Positions 52,680-64,000 of a DNA stretch of 64,000 bases are shown piece after piece. Position 1 is the stretch's first letter. Every line of letters starts with the position of its first letter. Position numbers and translations under genes: made by a program. The DNA is taken from contig CAXHJY010000214.1 in NCBI GenBank assembly GCA_964016885.1, positions 1 to 64,000 of the forward strand, read 5' to 3'. The DNA comes from Eledone cirrhosa (taxonomy: Eukaryota). Below the pieces are notes generated by a model. The model ran no database searches and was not told the DNA's origin. It saw only the letters and a list, made by a program, of their open reading frames with translations.

Positions 52680-53054
52680 CTGCAAAATGGGGTGAGATAA
52701 TGGAATAAAATGCTTTACAATTCTTTATCATATAAATAATTTATAAAATGATAACTGAATTACCTTTATTTATCCACCTCAGAGACTATCATATTTGGTT
52801 TCTGAGACACTCACTTTGGAATTCATAATGCACTTTCCCAATATGCAGACATCCAAATATAGATTCAGAAACTCATCATGAATATACTGTAATATTTGTA
52901 AACCCAGATTTCAACACCAACTCCAGATGAAATCAGAGAACTTGCAATCGAAAGGTTGTGAATTCAATTCTCAGACCAGGTGAGCAAGACACTTTATTTC
53001 ACATTGCTCCAGTTTACTCAGCTGTAGAAATGAGATTATAGGGACTGAGGTCCC

Positions 53055-53236
53055 TATCATTCCACTGCAAAGTGGACGTGGAGGTGCCACGGCAAAAAAA
53101 GCACCCAGCACTCACTGTAAATGAGGTTGGTGTTAGGAAGGGCATCCAGCTGTAGAAATCAAGCCAGAATCAGTTCCCGTCCCACCCTTGCAAGCAGGGA
53201 AAAGTGGACGTAAAATGAAATGAATGAATGAAATGA
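53055..53236 (+). mobile_element. RTE 3' UTR copy
   Basis: GGTTGGTGTTAGGAAGGGCATCCAGCTGTAGAAATC core shared with the other copies. Confidence 0.8.
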
Positions 53237-54036
53237 ATACTATATAGTTATAGTTATAGGTATTTGCAGTAATGAGTTCAGATCTTGCTATGTATCCAGA
53301 AAATGCAACAAAAAACTACTCCAAACTCATTTTCAAAACACAGTCCCTCTATCATCTCAATGAGTTTACCTTGTGGTCCAGACCACAGCTAATACAGGCT
53401 GTAAGCCATGGTTTGAATATAACAAAGCATCTTATGCTAAAGTTTATCTTACACAGACATCTTCCATCCAAGTCAACAACTTTACTCAATTATATACAAT
53501 GCTTTGACAATGACAATTGCTTTATTGTATAGATATATGCTATACAGTCATATCACTACAGAAGATAATATTAACCCATTCCTGAGCTTTGTATTTAAGC
53601 ATCATTTCCACTACTGGATATATTAACAATTCAAGATAAATTAAACACAAATTGGAAAAATTAGGTCCAGGAAAACTTTCCATTTCAGGAAAACTTCTGT
53701 CAGTTTGTTTGTTAACCCCAAGTTAGCTCTAACTGAGCAGACCTATGATGGAAGCCATTACAGTTGTAACCATCCTATCTTTTATTCAGGCATACTTTAT
53801 CAAGGCTGTAATTTGAATGAGATTTGACTGCTATTTCTAGCAAGTTGAGCTATCGCATAAAAGCTACATCGTTACTTCACATTACTTTATATTTGTAATT
53901 TTTCTCTTATTAGAAAAAATAACATAAAAAACAAAGGACCTGATAATGAATAAAGCCACAGTTGAAACAATTATATAGTTCAAACTTTCATTTTAGATTA
54001 ATATTTTAAATTTACTTGATTTATTTTCCTTCTTAC

Positions 54037-54197
54037 CTCCATCATTTCTAGCTTTTCTGGATAAGCTAAATCTCCAGATGCAGCATTATACATGAAGATA
54101 TCATTCTTGATATAGATATAGGTTCTATAAACAAGCCGTTCTTGAACATCCATAAGCATTTGATTGCAAATATTCTCAAAGGCCTTCAGTTCTTGTG
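54037..54197 (-). CDS. COG3: COG3 exon ([53 protein letters not shown])
   Basis: ORF 53998..54213; DVQERLVYR and GDLAYPxKL hallmark motifs. Confidence 0.96.
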
Positions 54198-55525
54198 CTA
54201 AAACAAAGGACATTTAACAAATAAATATCTTCAATATTTTAAAAATAATTACATATTTTAAATTCAAAGAACAACTTAATTTCTAATGAACCGAATAAGA
54301 TGCTGATTTGTTCAACTCCCATTTGTCCCCCCCCCCCCCTATTTTGTTAGCTCAGAGTACTGAGATAATGAATAATTGTTGTAGTTGTCAAATCTACAAG
54401 CAGTTTCCTTGTGCTCTCCAAAAAACAGTTGGAGGTAACCTCCTACATCAGAATAGGGAAGGCCATAAGGAACTATATGCATCGTTTTTAAAACAGCAGA
54501 TGGGTAAAGAGACAAACTGAGTTAATGTGTCATAGACCTGCCCATAGCTAATCACACAATATATGACATGATGGAATATGAGGATCATCATGAGAAACAT
54601 CAGAGATTTTTACCCTTGGATCATTGTTACTTTGGTGGCACAATATGTGCAGCTGATCAGTGTTGAAATGATCTTTTATATGTAAGATGTCTCTATGGAC
54701 AAAGAAGTCTGGTTGACTTGAAAACTACAGAACTATTCTAAAGAAGTTCATCAAAGCAAGTGCAAAAAAGAAAAGCTTCATAACTGGTCATGCAGGACAA
54801 AAAGCCTAGTTGCTATACATATGGAAGTAAAGATCATTTAAGGGCTTTCTGCCAAGAAGAGCTAGAGATGCTAAAAGGAAAACACCACTCTCAAAAATAG
54901 CATCTACAGGCCGTGGGGATTGCTGTTCACAGGGCAGCATCAGTCATAGCTCCAGAAATATCAGATGAAATAACTTCCTCCTCAATTCCAAGAGCTGTTG
55001 GAACCTCTCTCCAACCAATAACCAGTAGCTCCACACAGTGATGTGGGAATGAAAAATAGATGGAAAATGAGTAGTGTGGCAGTCTGCTGGAGACATAGGA
55101 AAATCAAGAAAAGGAAAAAGAACAAAACACTAATCAAGTACTTGACTGGTGTTTTGTTCTTTAATCATATCATCTGTTCCCTTCACCCAAATTTCTGGCT
55201 TCATGCAAAAACATCTATCTCGTAATAAAAATTGCTGCCACTACCATTATTGTGGTAACTATTATCATCATTGATTTCAACCAATTTCATTTACTATGTT
55301 GGGATATACTAATTATAAATCAACAAGTAAATCCATGATTAAAAAAAAATAGTTAAATTTAACTCTTCTGTGACCATACTTCCTTGCTCCTTTTCATTAA
55401 TTTTTTAAATTATTAAGGTTTTGGATGGATTTGACTAACTTAATTCATTATTGCGTTGATGTTTGAAACATTACTTAGTAAATGATTCTGACATAATGGA
55501 AAGTTTCAATTTTAATCTGAACACT

Positions 55526-55742
55526 TTAACCCTTTCATTACCATACTTCTAATGAATGTCACTGCCTGATTTTCAAATCATTTTGAAAAAATCAAGAAGT
55601 TAATGTTTGGAACATACCATAATAAAAGTTCTTACATAAATTATGATCGATTTTTTTTAGATAAATATAAAAAATTTAAACAAACAGTTTTGTATTATAG
55701 AACAAGGAGTGGTTTTAGGTAGGCTGGTATCAAAAGTGTTAA
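55526..55742. mobile_element. Second, older TTAA-flanked MITE family
   Basis: TTAACCCTTTCATTACC...GGTATCAAAAGTGTTAA imperfect TIRs; a related reverse-oriented fragment lies near 11170-11340. Confidence 0.5.
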
Positions 55743-55782
55743 TTAATACTTAGAATAGATTTTAGTTCCCATTGGTACTTAC

Positions 55783-55816
55783 GGTTATTTCGTACATGTT
55801 CTTCGATCATTTCAAT
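55783..55816 (-). CDS. COG3: COG3 34-nt exon (IEMIEEHVRNN)
   Basis: tttatag|...|gtaagt; aligns with the recalled human NEVLEDHVQNN; phase 0-1 is required to join its neighbours. Confidence 0.9.
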
Positions 55817-56205
55817 CTATAAATAATACAAAACAAATATTACATTGTATATTCTTGGAGAAATACTGAATAGGCTAAATAATAATAAACTCATAGAGAA
55901 GCTTTATAAAAGAGGGTTTTATATATATGACCACCGACATATCTCCATGATTGCATAAATGCACCCATGATTATATGAGCATCTGACTAAGTCACATGCA
56001 TAACCATGCAATTATGATGAAATAAACCCTGTCTTAACTACTTTTAATTGATAAATGAATACTCCATCACTCCTAATTACCAACTTTTAGGTGGGATAAA
56101 CTACTGACATAAAGTGCTTTTGGATTGCTTGAATCAGCTTATCCTCACAAAGTTACAGCGTAACATCCACATATATTTTCTGCAACTATCTATCTCTCTC
56201 TATAT

Positions 56206-56448
56206 ATAATAATAATAATAATAATGAAATTATTGTGTAAAGTGCTCAGGTGCACTACAACTCGTCAATATAGTACATAGAATAATACACAAATGTCAGG
56301 GAAGTACATGTGTGTATGTGTTAGCTGTTCTGTTGGCGGATCTCGGGAAGCATGGAGGCCTTAAAGGATGCAGTGTCTCGACAGCCAACAACTGATGCAG
56401 GTAGTTTGTTCCATGCTTCAGCAACTCTGAGCATGAAAAAATGTTTCC
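56206..56448 (-). mobile_element. 3' end of the same CR1/L2 family with (TTA)n tail
   Basis: Aligns with 32375-32648 (GAAATTATTGTG...GCACTACAACTC; ACAACTGATGCAGGTAGTTTGTTCCATGCTTCAGCAACTCT). Confidence 0.85.
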
Positions 56449-57573
56449 ATATCATCATCATCTTCATTTAATGTCCATTTTCCACGCTAGCATGGGTTCA
56501 TATATATTATTCAAAATATTAATAGATGAAAAATATTCTCATAACCAAAATATATATTTTATTATACAAATTTCAAAGGTACAATGGTGTTTAAGTACGT
56601 TTTCATCAGATAAAATATGAGAGATTGGATATGCGACATACGGCTACAGTTTTGATTATTCAATTCCAGTAGAGGCAGTGATTTATTTCACCAACCCCCA
56701 ACGTTTTTATACCACAAATAATATGATAAACTTAGAGAAGAAGAGAACGTAGGTATAGAAGGGGAGTTGAGATGGAAGATGCGAAGAAAAAGAAGGGAAA
56801 TAAATAAATAAATAAAAGAAGAGAAGATGCAGAGAGAGAAGAAGGGTAATAAAAAACATATATAAACTTAATCATCATTTTTGTCTATTTTTCCAAGACA
56901 TTTTTGAAACAGACTTTGGACAGCCAGATGCCTTTCTTGACACCAAACCATGCTTTATTTTAAGTATGTTATATGCCACTCTTGTTCATAAAACCACTAT
57001 GCTGCAGCACTCATTGTTTTATGGGGGAACAGTCACTGTTTTTATAGATGATGTTAATGCGATGTTGGCAGTACTGGAGCATACACACATACAACAAGCT
57101 TCCTTACAGTTTCTCTCTACAAAATTCACTGATAATGCATTGGACAACCTGGAACTATAGTAGAAGACACTTGTATAAGATGCCATGCAGTGGGACTCAT
57201 CTCAAAACCATGTAATTCCAGAGCAAAATTATTTCTTTGGCATGGGTTAGACAAACTTTCATGGTTCAAGACCAGACATGTAAGATTGACCCATCTTGCT
57301 CATAAGTTACATTTTTGGTATAGTTTCTATGGCAGGATACTCTTCATAATGCCAACCAGCTTACTGAATGTACTAGGTGTGTTTTTTGATGAATTAATTT
57401 AATTCTTTATTTCTATTCATCATAAATAACTATATGGATTTAACTGCAAAAGCATGCAGAAAGAATGATGTTAAAATTAATGGATTTTGCTTCCCTTCAA
57501 AAGTATGGTACAAGAAGTGCATATTATGAAACAAACATAAAACCATTTTAAAAAACAATAAAATGTTACCAAC

Positions 57574-57679
57574 TTTTAAAATAGCGCAAAGTTCTGCTAG
57601 TGTTTCCAAGTGATTAATATGAATTATCAGCGGACGGAATACATCATAAAGGTTGGTACATAATTTCTCAAGCATTTGG
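57574..57679 (-). CDS. COG3: COG3 exon ([35 protein letters not shown])
   Basis: ORF 57430..57675; [26 protein letters not shown] motif; donor gttggt chosen from the phase of the next exon. Confidence 0.95.
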
Positions 57680-59164
57680 CTATAAAAGATTAAAGGGAAA
57701 ACTTAGAAAAACTTCATATCAAATATTTCATTTACATTTCAAGAAATATATATTTTTCTTAACATTTAACATCAGGTAAACTCTGATTGAAAAGTCTGAC
57801 AAAGGCATCCCAGCCAGGACCACCTCATCTTTCTCTCAAGCAGTGGATATCTATGTCTACATTATTTAATACTCTCCTCCGTTTTCAAGACAGGTCTAAT
57901 TTGAGGGAGATTTGGCTGCTATTTCTAATGGGTCAAGAACCTAAATGGAGGCTTTCTCTTCATTTGCATATCTATGCAATAAAATATCACTTAAACATAT
58001 GCGTCAAATGAATTTTCAGCTTAAGCCTAGTTTTTATTTGGAATTAGCTGTGGTACTCAGCATTGCCTGGGTGCTGAATGCATAACTCCACATTGAAACA
58101 CATAATTCACATATATAAATCTATAAACATATATTAACACACAAATGCATATGAATTTGTACACACATGTGCACATACAGACACTAACACACTATGCAAA
58201 TATATAAATTCATGCACACATCTACACACATACAAATACATAGAGAGGATTGAGAAAAATTATGTGTGTGTGTATGTAAGAGAGAGATAGAGACAGACAG
58301 ATATACAAACAGAAGGAAATAGAACAAGTCAGAGAGATGAAGGAGTTGGAGTGAATTAAGGAGAGATTGAACAACAAATAAAAAATACAGAGGTGGATAT
58401 TACAAAATGACAATGTATTTTAGGAAGCTTTCTAGGCCTCACCCTCACTTCACCAATATTCTTGTGTTTATTCTTTTTCCCACTTCCTCTACATTAGAAC
58501 TTTCTACCTTTCTCAATTTCCTTTCTTAACTTCTTGTTTAAATCCAGTGCAAACTCAGACACAGAAATTTTTGTTCATGGATTATCTAAGATATCTTGAT
58601 CTCCACATCAAATTTTGTAAGGATTCATTGAGAAATGACAACTTTGTTTCAAGACAAACAGACACATTTTTGTACATATCCTTATTTAGGATAATGTGGC
58701 AAAATATTAACATTCAAGCATTGTTCTTATTTTGCTTTGGTTTGGCTTGTTTGCACTGTAAAGACTTTCTTAAAAACTATTATTCTATTTATTTATTTTT
58801 GTTTTAAAAATGACATCAATTAGTTTAATCCATTAAAAATAATTGCCTGTTAAAAATAGATGCAATAATCATCTCCCATATTCATAACTTTGTCATACAG
58901 TCATATGGCAGAACTTGTATTATATGTTAACCACCATAAGATCCCCAAACTTCAGTTTTCACAACAATTTTACAATAAAGATGAGAAGGACATAACTAAA
59001 TATTTAATTGAATGCACCTATCAATCAGCTAGCTACCTTTGTCATAAGAGAAATCAAACAGAACTTACTGTGGTTAACTATTTATAAGAAAAGTCACATT
59101 ATTACAAGTTTACAATCACATTATTACAATGCCAATTGAAACTATAAAATGCTAGTTTACTTAC

Positions 59165-59256
59165 TCAAGTAATGGTGATGGTTTTGAGAAAAAATTGAAA
59201 TATAGTTGGCTTTCATCTTCACATACATGCACCATAAAAACACAACCACTGCGCAT
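59165..59256 (-). CDS. COG3: COG3 exon (MRSGCVFMVHVCEDESQLYFNFFSKPSPLL)
   Basis: acag|...|gtaagt; RSGCxFMVHVCxDE motif; phase 0-2. Confidence 0.95.
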
Positions 59257-60837
59257 CTGTTAGAGATAAACAGAAGCAAAGTCAATTATGAAGAACTCTT
59301 TATTTCAAAAACAAAATCTAATGATATGTACTGAGAAAAATAGGAAGTTTACAAAAAGCATCATAGCAAACATAGAATTATCAGTTGAAAAAAGAAAAGC
59401 TCAGATTAACAGGTACATTTTAAAAAAACTACAACAAAAGAAAATGCTAAAAGAATTCATTGACATTCCACTCTTTATTAATGACAATCTACCTGAGTCA
59501 CTATCTGTAGATAGCACTTGGCTGCTCACCTCAAAGTCATCTGGTTGTTGTTCTTTATCCTCAAGATAGCCTTGAAATAGAAATATGCAGCAGTGATCAT
59601 CACTTTTTCTTTATTTAACCATAGTGTATCAGGACCACATTATCTTATGCATCTACTTCAGATGGTTGAGAATGATATAAAGAAAATTTGGCTATTTATA
59701 GTAGGTGGAACAATTTAATAGATGTAACTAATGCAGTCAAACCCAGTCAGCTAAGTTCAGAAATATGATGGATATTGACTTTCACCAATGATCGTATCTA
59801 TGTATGCATAGTAGTAGAATCATAGGTATAAAAACTGTCATACATATATAATCCCATATGGGTCCACCTGACACTAGAATGAAGCAGTGAGCATGTGAAA
59901 GATATGAAGAGAGGAGCTAATACAATTAAGAATACAAGATAGAAAGAAGAACAGAAATGCCATCAAGAGAAAAGAAACAATTGTGCTTTGTAACTATTTT
60001 ATTTATTTCTTCTCTTTTTAAGGAATTCATTATATTTATCTGTTATACATCAGTCATAATGTACTGATGTTCAAAGAACATGCATTGATCTTACAACTTT
60101 AGTAATAATCACATTCCACCATCATTTGCATATCCATATACATATTCAATCATAGATTGCTCCTCACTCTGTCATATAGTCACACAGACGTTTCTCATTA
60201 GTGGTTTTCCACTGCTTCTCCAAGTAGGCAAGAGTTTTAAAGCAGGGTGAAATGGGGTTTGCAATCATCATCATTTAACATCCACTTTCCCAGCCAGCAA
60301 GGGTTAGATGAGTTGGCACAGACAAAGTCAGTATTGAAGCTGAGCTCCTGACCTCTTGGATGGGCTGGGAGCTTGCATCTCACTTACATACATTCCCACA
60401 CTTTACAGGCGAGGGCCCACATCTCGCTCACATACATTCCAGCACTCTGCCAAGTGAAATTTATCATGGCACCAGCACTAGGGGTGGTCACCATATCTAT
60501 TACACAGCTGAAGAGTCCTCTAGACATGTTGGCAGATTTTATATGGCTGGATGCACTTTCTATAACCAACCATTTTATAGACTGTAATCAGTGTGTATAA
60601 GTGAAATGAAACAGCTACAAACAGGAATCACAACAAGGTTGTAGACTCAACTCACTGGAAACTACCCAAGAACACCTTTCTAGAACAATCATAAGAAGAA
60701 CGGAGTCTCAAAATAGAAATATTATAGTAAAGGATCAACTAACTTGATATTAGAATTATAGTGATACAGAGTATCTTATTGAATGAAATATTAACAGCTA
60801 AGCTGCAATGTTAGACAAGAAAGACAACCATACATAC

Positions 60838-60964
60838 CAAAGCGCAATGGTCTCGTTGATATCGTGCAGCAAGATCAGCAATTGTAGATTCGACACTGGG
60901 CCCAAGAAGTAATTCTCGCTGGGAGAAATAGCACTGGTGACAATCATTTAATATCTGGGCATAC
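60838..60964 (-). CDS. COG3: COG3 exon (YAQILNDCHQCYFSQRELLLGPSVESTIADLAARYQRDHCAL)
   Basis: Within ORF 60811..61065; matches the COG3 HQCY..QRELLLGPS...RDHCAL segment; phase 2-0. Confidence 0.95.
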
Positions 60965-61793
60965 CTACAACATAATGTTATGTCATAGTAATATTGATAT
61001 AGTTTCATAAATAAAAAATATCTCTTAGTAATCATGCAATCATTATGACAGAAAGGAATTATCATACATGTTGATAAATGCTATCAAGAATCAGTACATA
61101 AAAAAGGGTTGAGTTTCACCACAATCATCAAGCAAATCCCTTATTTAGATAAGTAAAACTAAAGAAATTTGAGACAGATGAGTTAAGATAATACCAAAAT
61201 ATACTATGACATCTTAAAACAAGCACCACTAAGGTGGAAAAGAATGCTATTGAAAATCTGAAAAACAATATCACAATACTTCTAGCAGATAAAACTAATT
61301 TCTCAAAATACCAGCTAAATCTCCCTAAAACCAGATCCTACTGACAGGGCCAGATTTAATGGGGAGCAAAGGAGACAATTGTCCCTGACCCCCTGCTGTG
61401 GGGGGTTCCACTAGCAACGGCTATAGTAATTTATTTGTGCCCTCAGCTGGGCTTTTTTTTTTAGGATGGTTAGAATTTTTGAATTTAATACCTGTATGTA
61501 TAACTTGCACCAAGTTAACTTTGATATGTTTGCTGTGTATCCTAATTTTTTGTGTATGAGGGGCTCCCCCAAGGTTTAAATCCAACCAGCCTACTGTCTG
61601 AAAAAGGGAAGGATACATTAGATAATGTAATGTGTAAGATATATTATGCCATAAAAATGATGGGGTCACCAGGATTGGAACACCATTTGATCATATGTCT
61701 GCTCAATCTAGGCTGAACTGAGGCTCAACAATAACTTTCTTGAACTGAAACACTTCAGAGAAGATATTCTAAAAGAAGTTTTTTCATCTAAAC

Positions 61794-62750
61794 CACAGGT
61801 TCTCAACCCATTTAGGCCAAACGCCCCCTTTTGTCCCTCGAAATCACGACCCCCCCCCCCCCACCCCCACCCCCCAATTTTTCTATTTTTCAATATACTA
61901 CTGATTTTTATATCAGTAGATTACTAAAAAATTGATTAACAATATTCCAAAGATGTGTGTATTATCTGATTATGTGTTGTATGTGGTCCTAGATGTGTGT
62001 ATTATCTGATTATGTGTTGTATGTGGTCCTAGATGTGTGTATTATCTGATTATGTGCTGTATGTGGTCCTAGATGTGTGTATTATCTGATTATGTGTTGT
62101 ATGTGGTCCTAGATGTGTGTATTATCTGATTATGTGTTGTATGTGGTCCTAGATGTGTGTATTATCTGATTATGTGTTGTATGTGGTCCTAGATGTGTGT
62201 ATTACCTGTTTATATGTTGTATGTGGTCCTAGATGTGTGTGCTACTCGCTTCTGTTTTTTCTTTTCTTTTTTTTTTATTTGTAATATTATTTATACAATA
62301 AGGAATAAAATAGATCTACATAGTGTTAACTCGTTATGGCTGAGTCAATAATTTCAGACATGAAATACATTGTTATCGGTGAAGGAAAGATAAGATTCTA
62401 ACTGGCTGCGCGCAAAGTGTCTTTGACCCAGTTGACTGGGTTTTTCCATTTTTAGGATCTCAATTACCGGTTAACGTCTCAATTACCGGACACGCCTGCA
62501 CACCTGCTCACAGCTGCGGTCAGACTATAGTTATGCTGTCTGCAAGCTCATTCAAATGCATTCACACTGGCTGTCTCAAAGACATACAAATATGGCTTAT
62601 AAAACTTACCAAAATAAAGAGCCTTCCAGCGCCCCCTAACCCCCTCCCCCAGCTCCAAACGCCCCCCTAACGCGACCCTGCTCCCAAACGCCCCCCTGGA
62701 GTTCCAAAACGACCCCCGGAGGTGCATATGCCCCTCGTTGAGAACCTTTG
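61794..62750. mobile_element. Non-autonomous hAT (Charlie-like) DNA transposon
   Basis: 14-bp TIRs CACAGGTTCTCAAC / GTTGAGAACCTTTG (13/14 match); perfect 8-bp TSD ATCTAAAC at 61786-61793 and 62751-62758; subterminal CGCCCCC motifs. Confidence 0.9.
61951..62240. repeat. 40-bp minisatellite, 7.25 copies (AGATGTGTGTATTATCTGATTATGTGTTGTATGTGGTCCT)
   Basis: Head-to-tail units at 61951, 61991, 62031, 62071, 62111, 62151, 62191 and a partial unit at 62231; no spacers. Confidence 0.97.
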
Positions 62751-63804
62751 ATCTAAACAAAGGGCTAGGTTTCAAATTATTTTTCACACTAGTACAAAAT
62801 CTATCATCATCATCATTGTTTAACATTCATTTTCCATGCTAGTATGGATAGAAGTATCCAATATTTGCAAGTATAACAAAAGATGGAGTTAATATCTTAT
62901 TAACAAATAAATAGACTAAAAACTATACAACTATTTTCCTTTCTAGCAACTGGAGAGGAACAGGTGGAATAGGATCTGTTAAATATGAAATGTTTATAAA
63001 CAAGTTGAGTTTTTGTAAAAAAATAAAAGCCACTGGTTATCAAAGTTATTGGTCAATGTAAGAAGCAATGATGAGTAAAAGAGGTGGTTATGTAAAAAAT
63101 ACACTAAGTAAGACTTGGGGGCAGAAATAGTTAGACAAGTCCTTGTAACATATCAACAAACTGGCATGATAATGTATGACTGGAATGCACAGAGAGATAC
63201 TACACTACCATCCATACTAACACAGAAAAATAGAACTAATGTTCATGATGATGATTTAAGAAAACCCTAAATTTAAAGAATTATTTAAATATGTACATGA
63301 TCAACATCATATTTACTTCTCTTTTTCTATGTGTATATGGACTGAATAAAACTTTTTGAGGCAGAATACTATGGCCAGATGCCCTTCCTGATGCCAACCC
63401 TCACTTGTTTCATAAAGTATGGATCTTTGGATGCAGTGAGTAGTGAAGAGACAAACAAACAAACAAACAAACAAACACACGTGCACAGATAATCATCATC
63501 GTCATCATCATATATACAGAACAGGTTTCCTTACAGTTTCTGTTGTCTGAATTCATTCACAAAGCATTGGTCAGTCTGAGACTATAGTAGGAAAACATTT
63601 GCCAAAGTTGCCATGCAGTAGGATTGAACCTAATACAAAAATGCTAAATCAAATGAAAAATGTCTGTAATTAACAAATATGTAAATTACTCATACTATTT
63701 GTGATGTGAATGTTAGTAGTGGTGGTAGGAGGAACTTAAAAACATCAAAAGTTTTTTTTTTAATCTGAATGTTTGAATAAATGCAACAAGATATGTTTAC
63801 TAAC

Positions 63805-63923
63805 TCTATGGATTTATTAGTTCTTTGTTCTAGTTGTTCCATCAGAGCATGCACCCGAGGTGCATTTGTGCGGAATTTCCCATAAAATAATGTAAATGCA
63901 TCATCGCCTGCATTTGGTGTATC
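63805..63923 (-). CDS. COG3: COG3 exon (DTPNAGDDAFTLFYGKFRTNAPRVHALMEQLEQRTNKSIE)
   Basis: AG/GT boundaries; AFTLFYxKFR motif of COG3/Sec34. Upstream exons lie outside the window. Confidence 0.93.
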
Positions 63924-64000
63924 CTAGAACAGAAAATGACACATATTAGTATAATTGTATCAAAACAGTAAGAAACAGTTCAATTTAATTTTAATTTGTT

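Noticed and set aside
59493-59570. Exon-like AG...GT segment on the minus strand in a COG3 intron (YLEDKEQQPDDFE)
   Set aside because: Reads open in phase 1, but this intron is phase 0; the flanking COG3 exons already join seamlessly with conserved sequence.
61951-62240. Regular 40-bp repeats as a possible CRISPR array
   Set aside because: Units are contiguous with no unique spacers, the context is a eukaryotic intron inside a hAT element, and there are no cas genes.

Overview
AT-rich, repeat-dense eukaryotic (animal) genomic DNA. The SINE, RTE-tail and microsatellite content suggests an octopod cephalopod (inference from recalled repeat motifs, not a database search). Two spliced genes converge tail to tail. 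(1) Plus strand: the last 7 coding exons (3561-12565) of a chordin-like (CHRDL1/2-type) BMP modulator, covering a linker, the last VWC/CR domain and the CHRDL C-terminal domain. (2) Minus strand: the 3' part of COG3, with 14 phase-consistent coding exons from 63923 to the stop at 22165; its 5' exons lie beyond the window. Introns and intergenic DNA hold an internally deleted mariner with 103-bp TIRs, six TTAA-flanked piggyBac-type MITEs, a hAT element carrying a 40-bp minisatellite, a foldback-like element, RTE, CR1/L2, CRE-like, Tx1-like and Penelope remnants, two SINE families and very long (TA)n tracts. Most of the ORF track is microsatellite or TE noise. The best new candidates are a 36-nt frame-preserving COG3 cassette microexon (42407-42442) with a dense downstream UGCAUG (Rbfox) cluster, and near-identical inverted RTE copies that bracket a COG3 exon and form a tight intronic hairpin (possible A-to-I editing or circRNA substrate). 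No prokaryote-type system (CRISPR, operon) is present.
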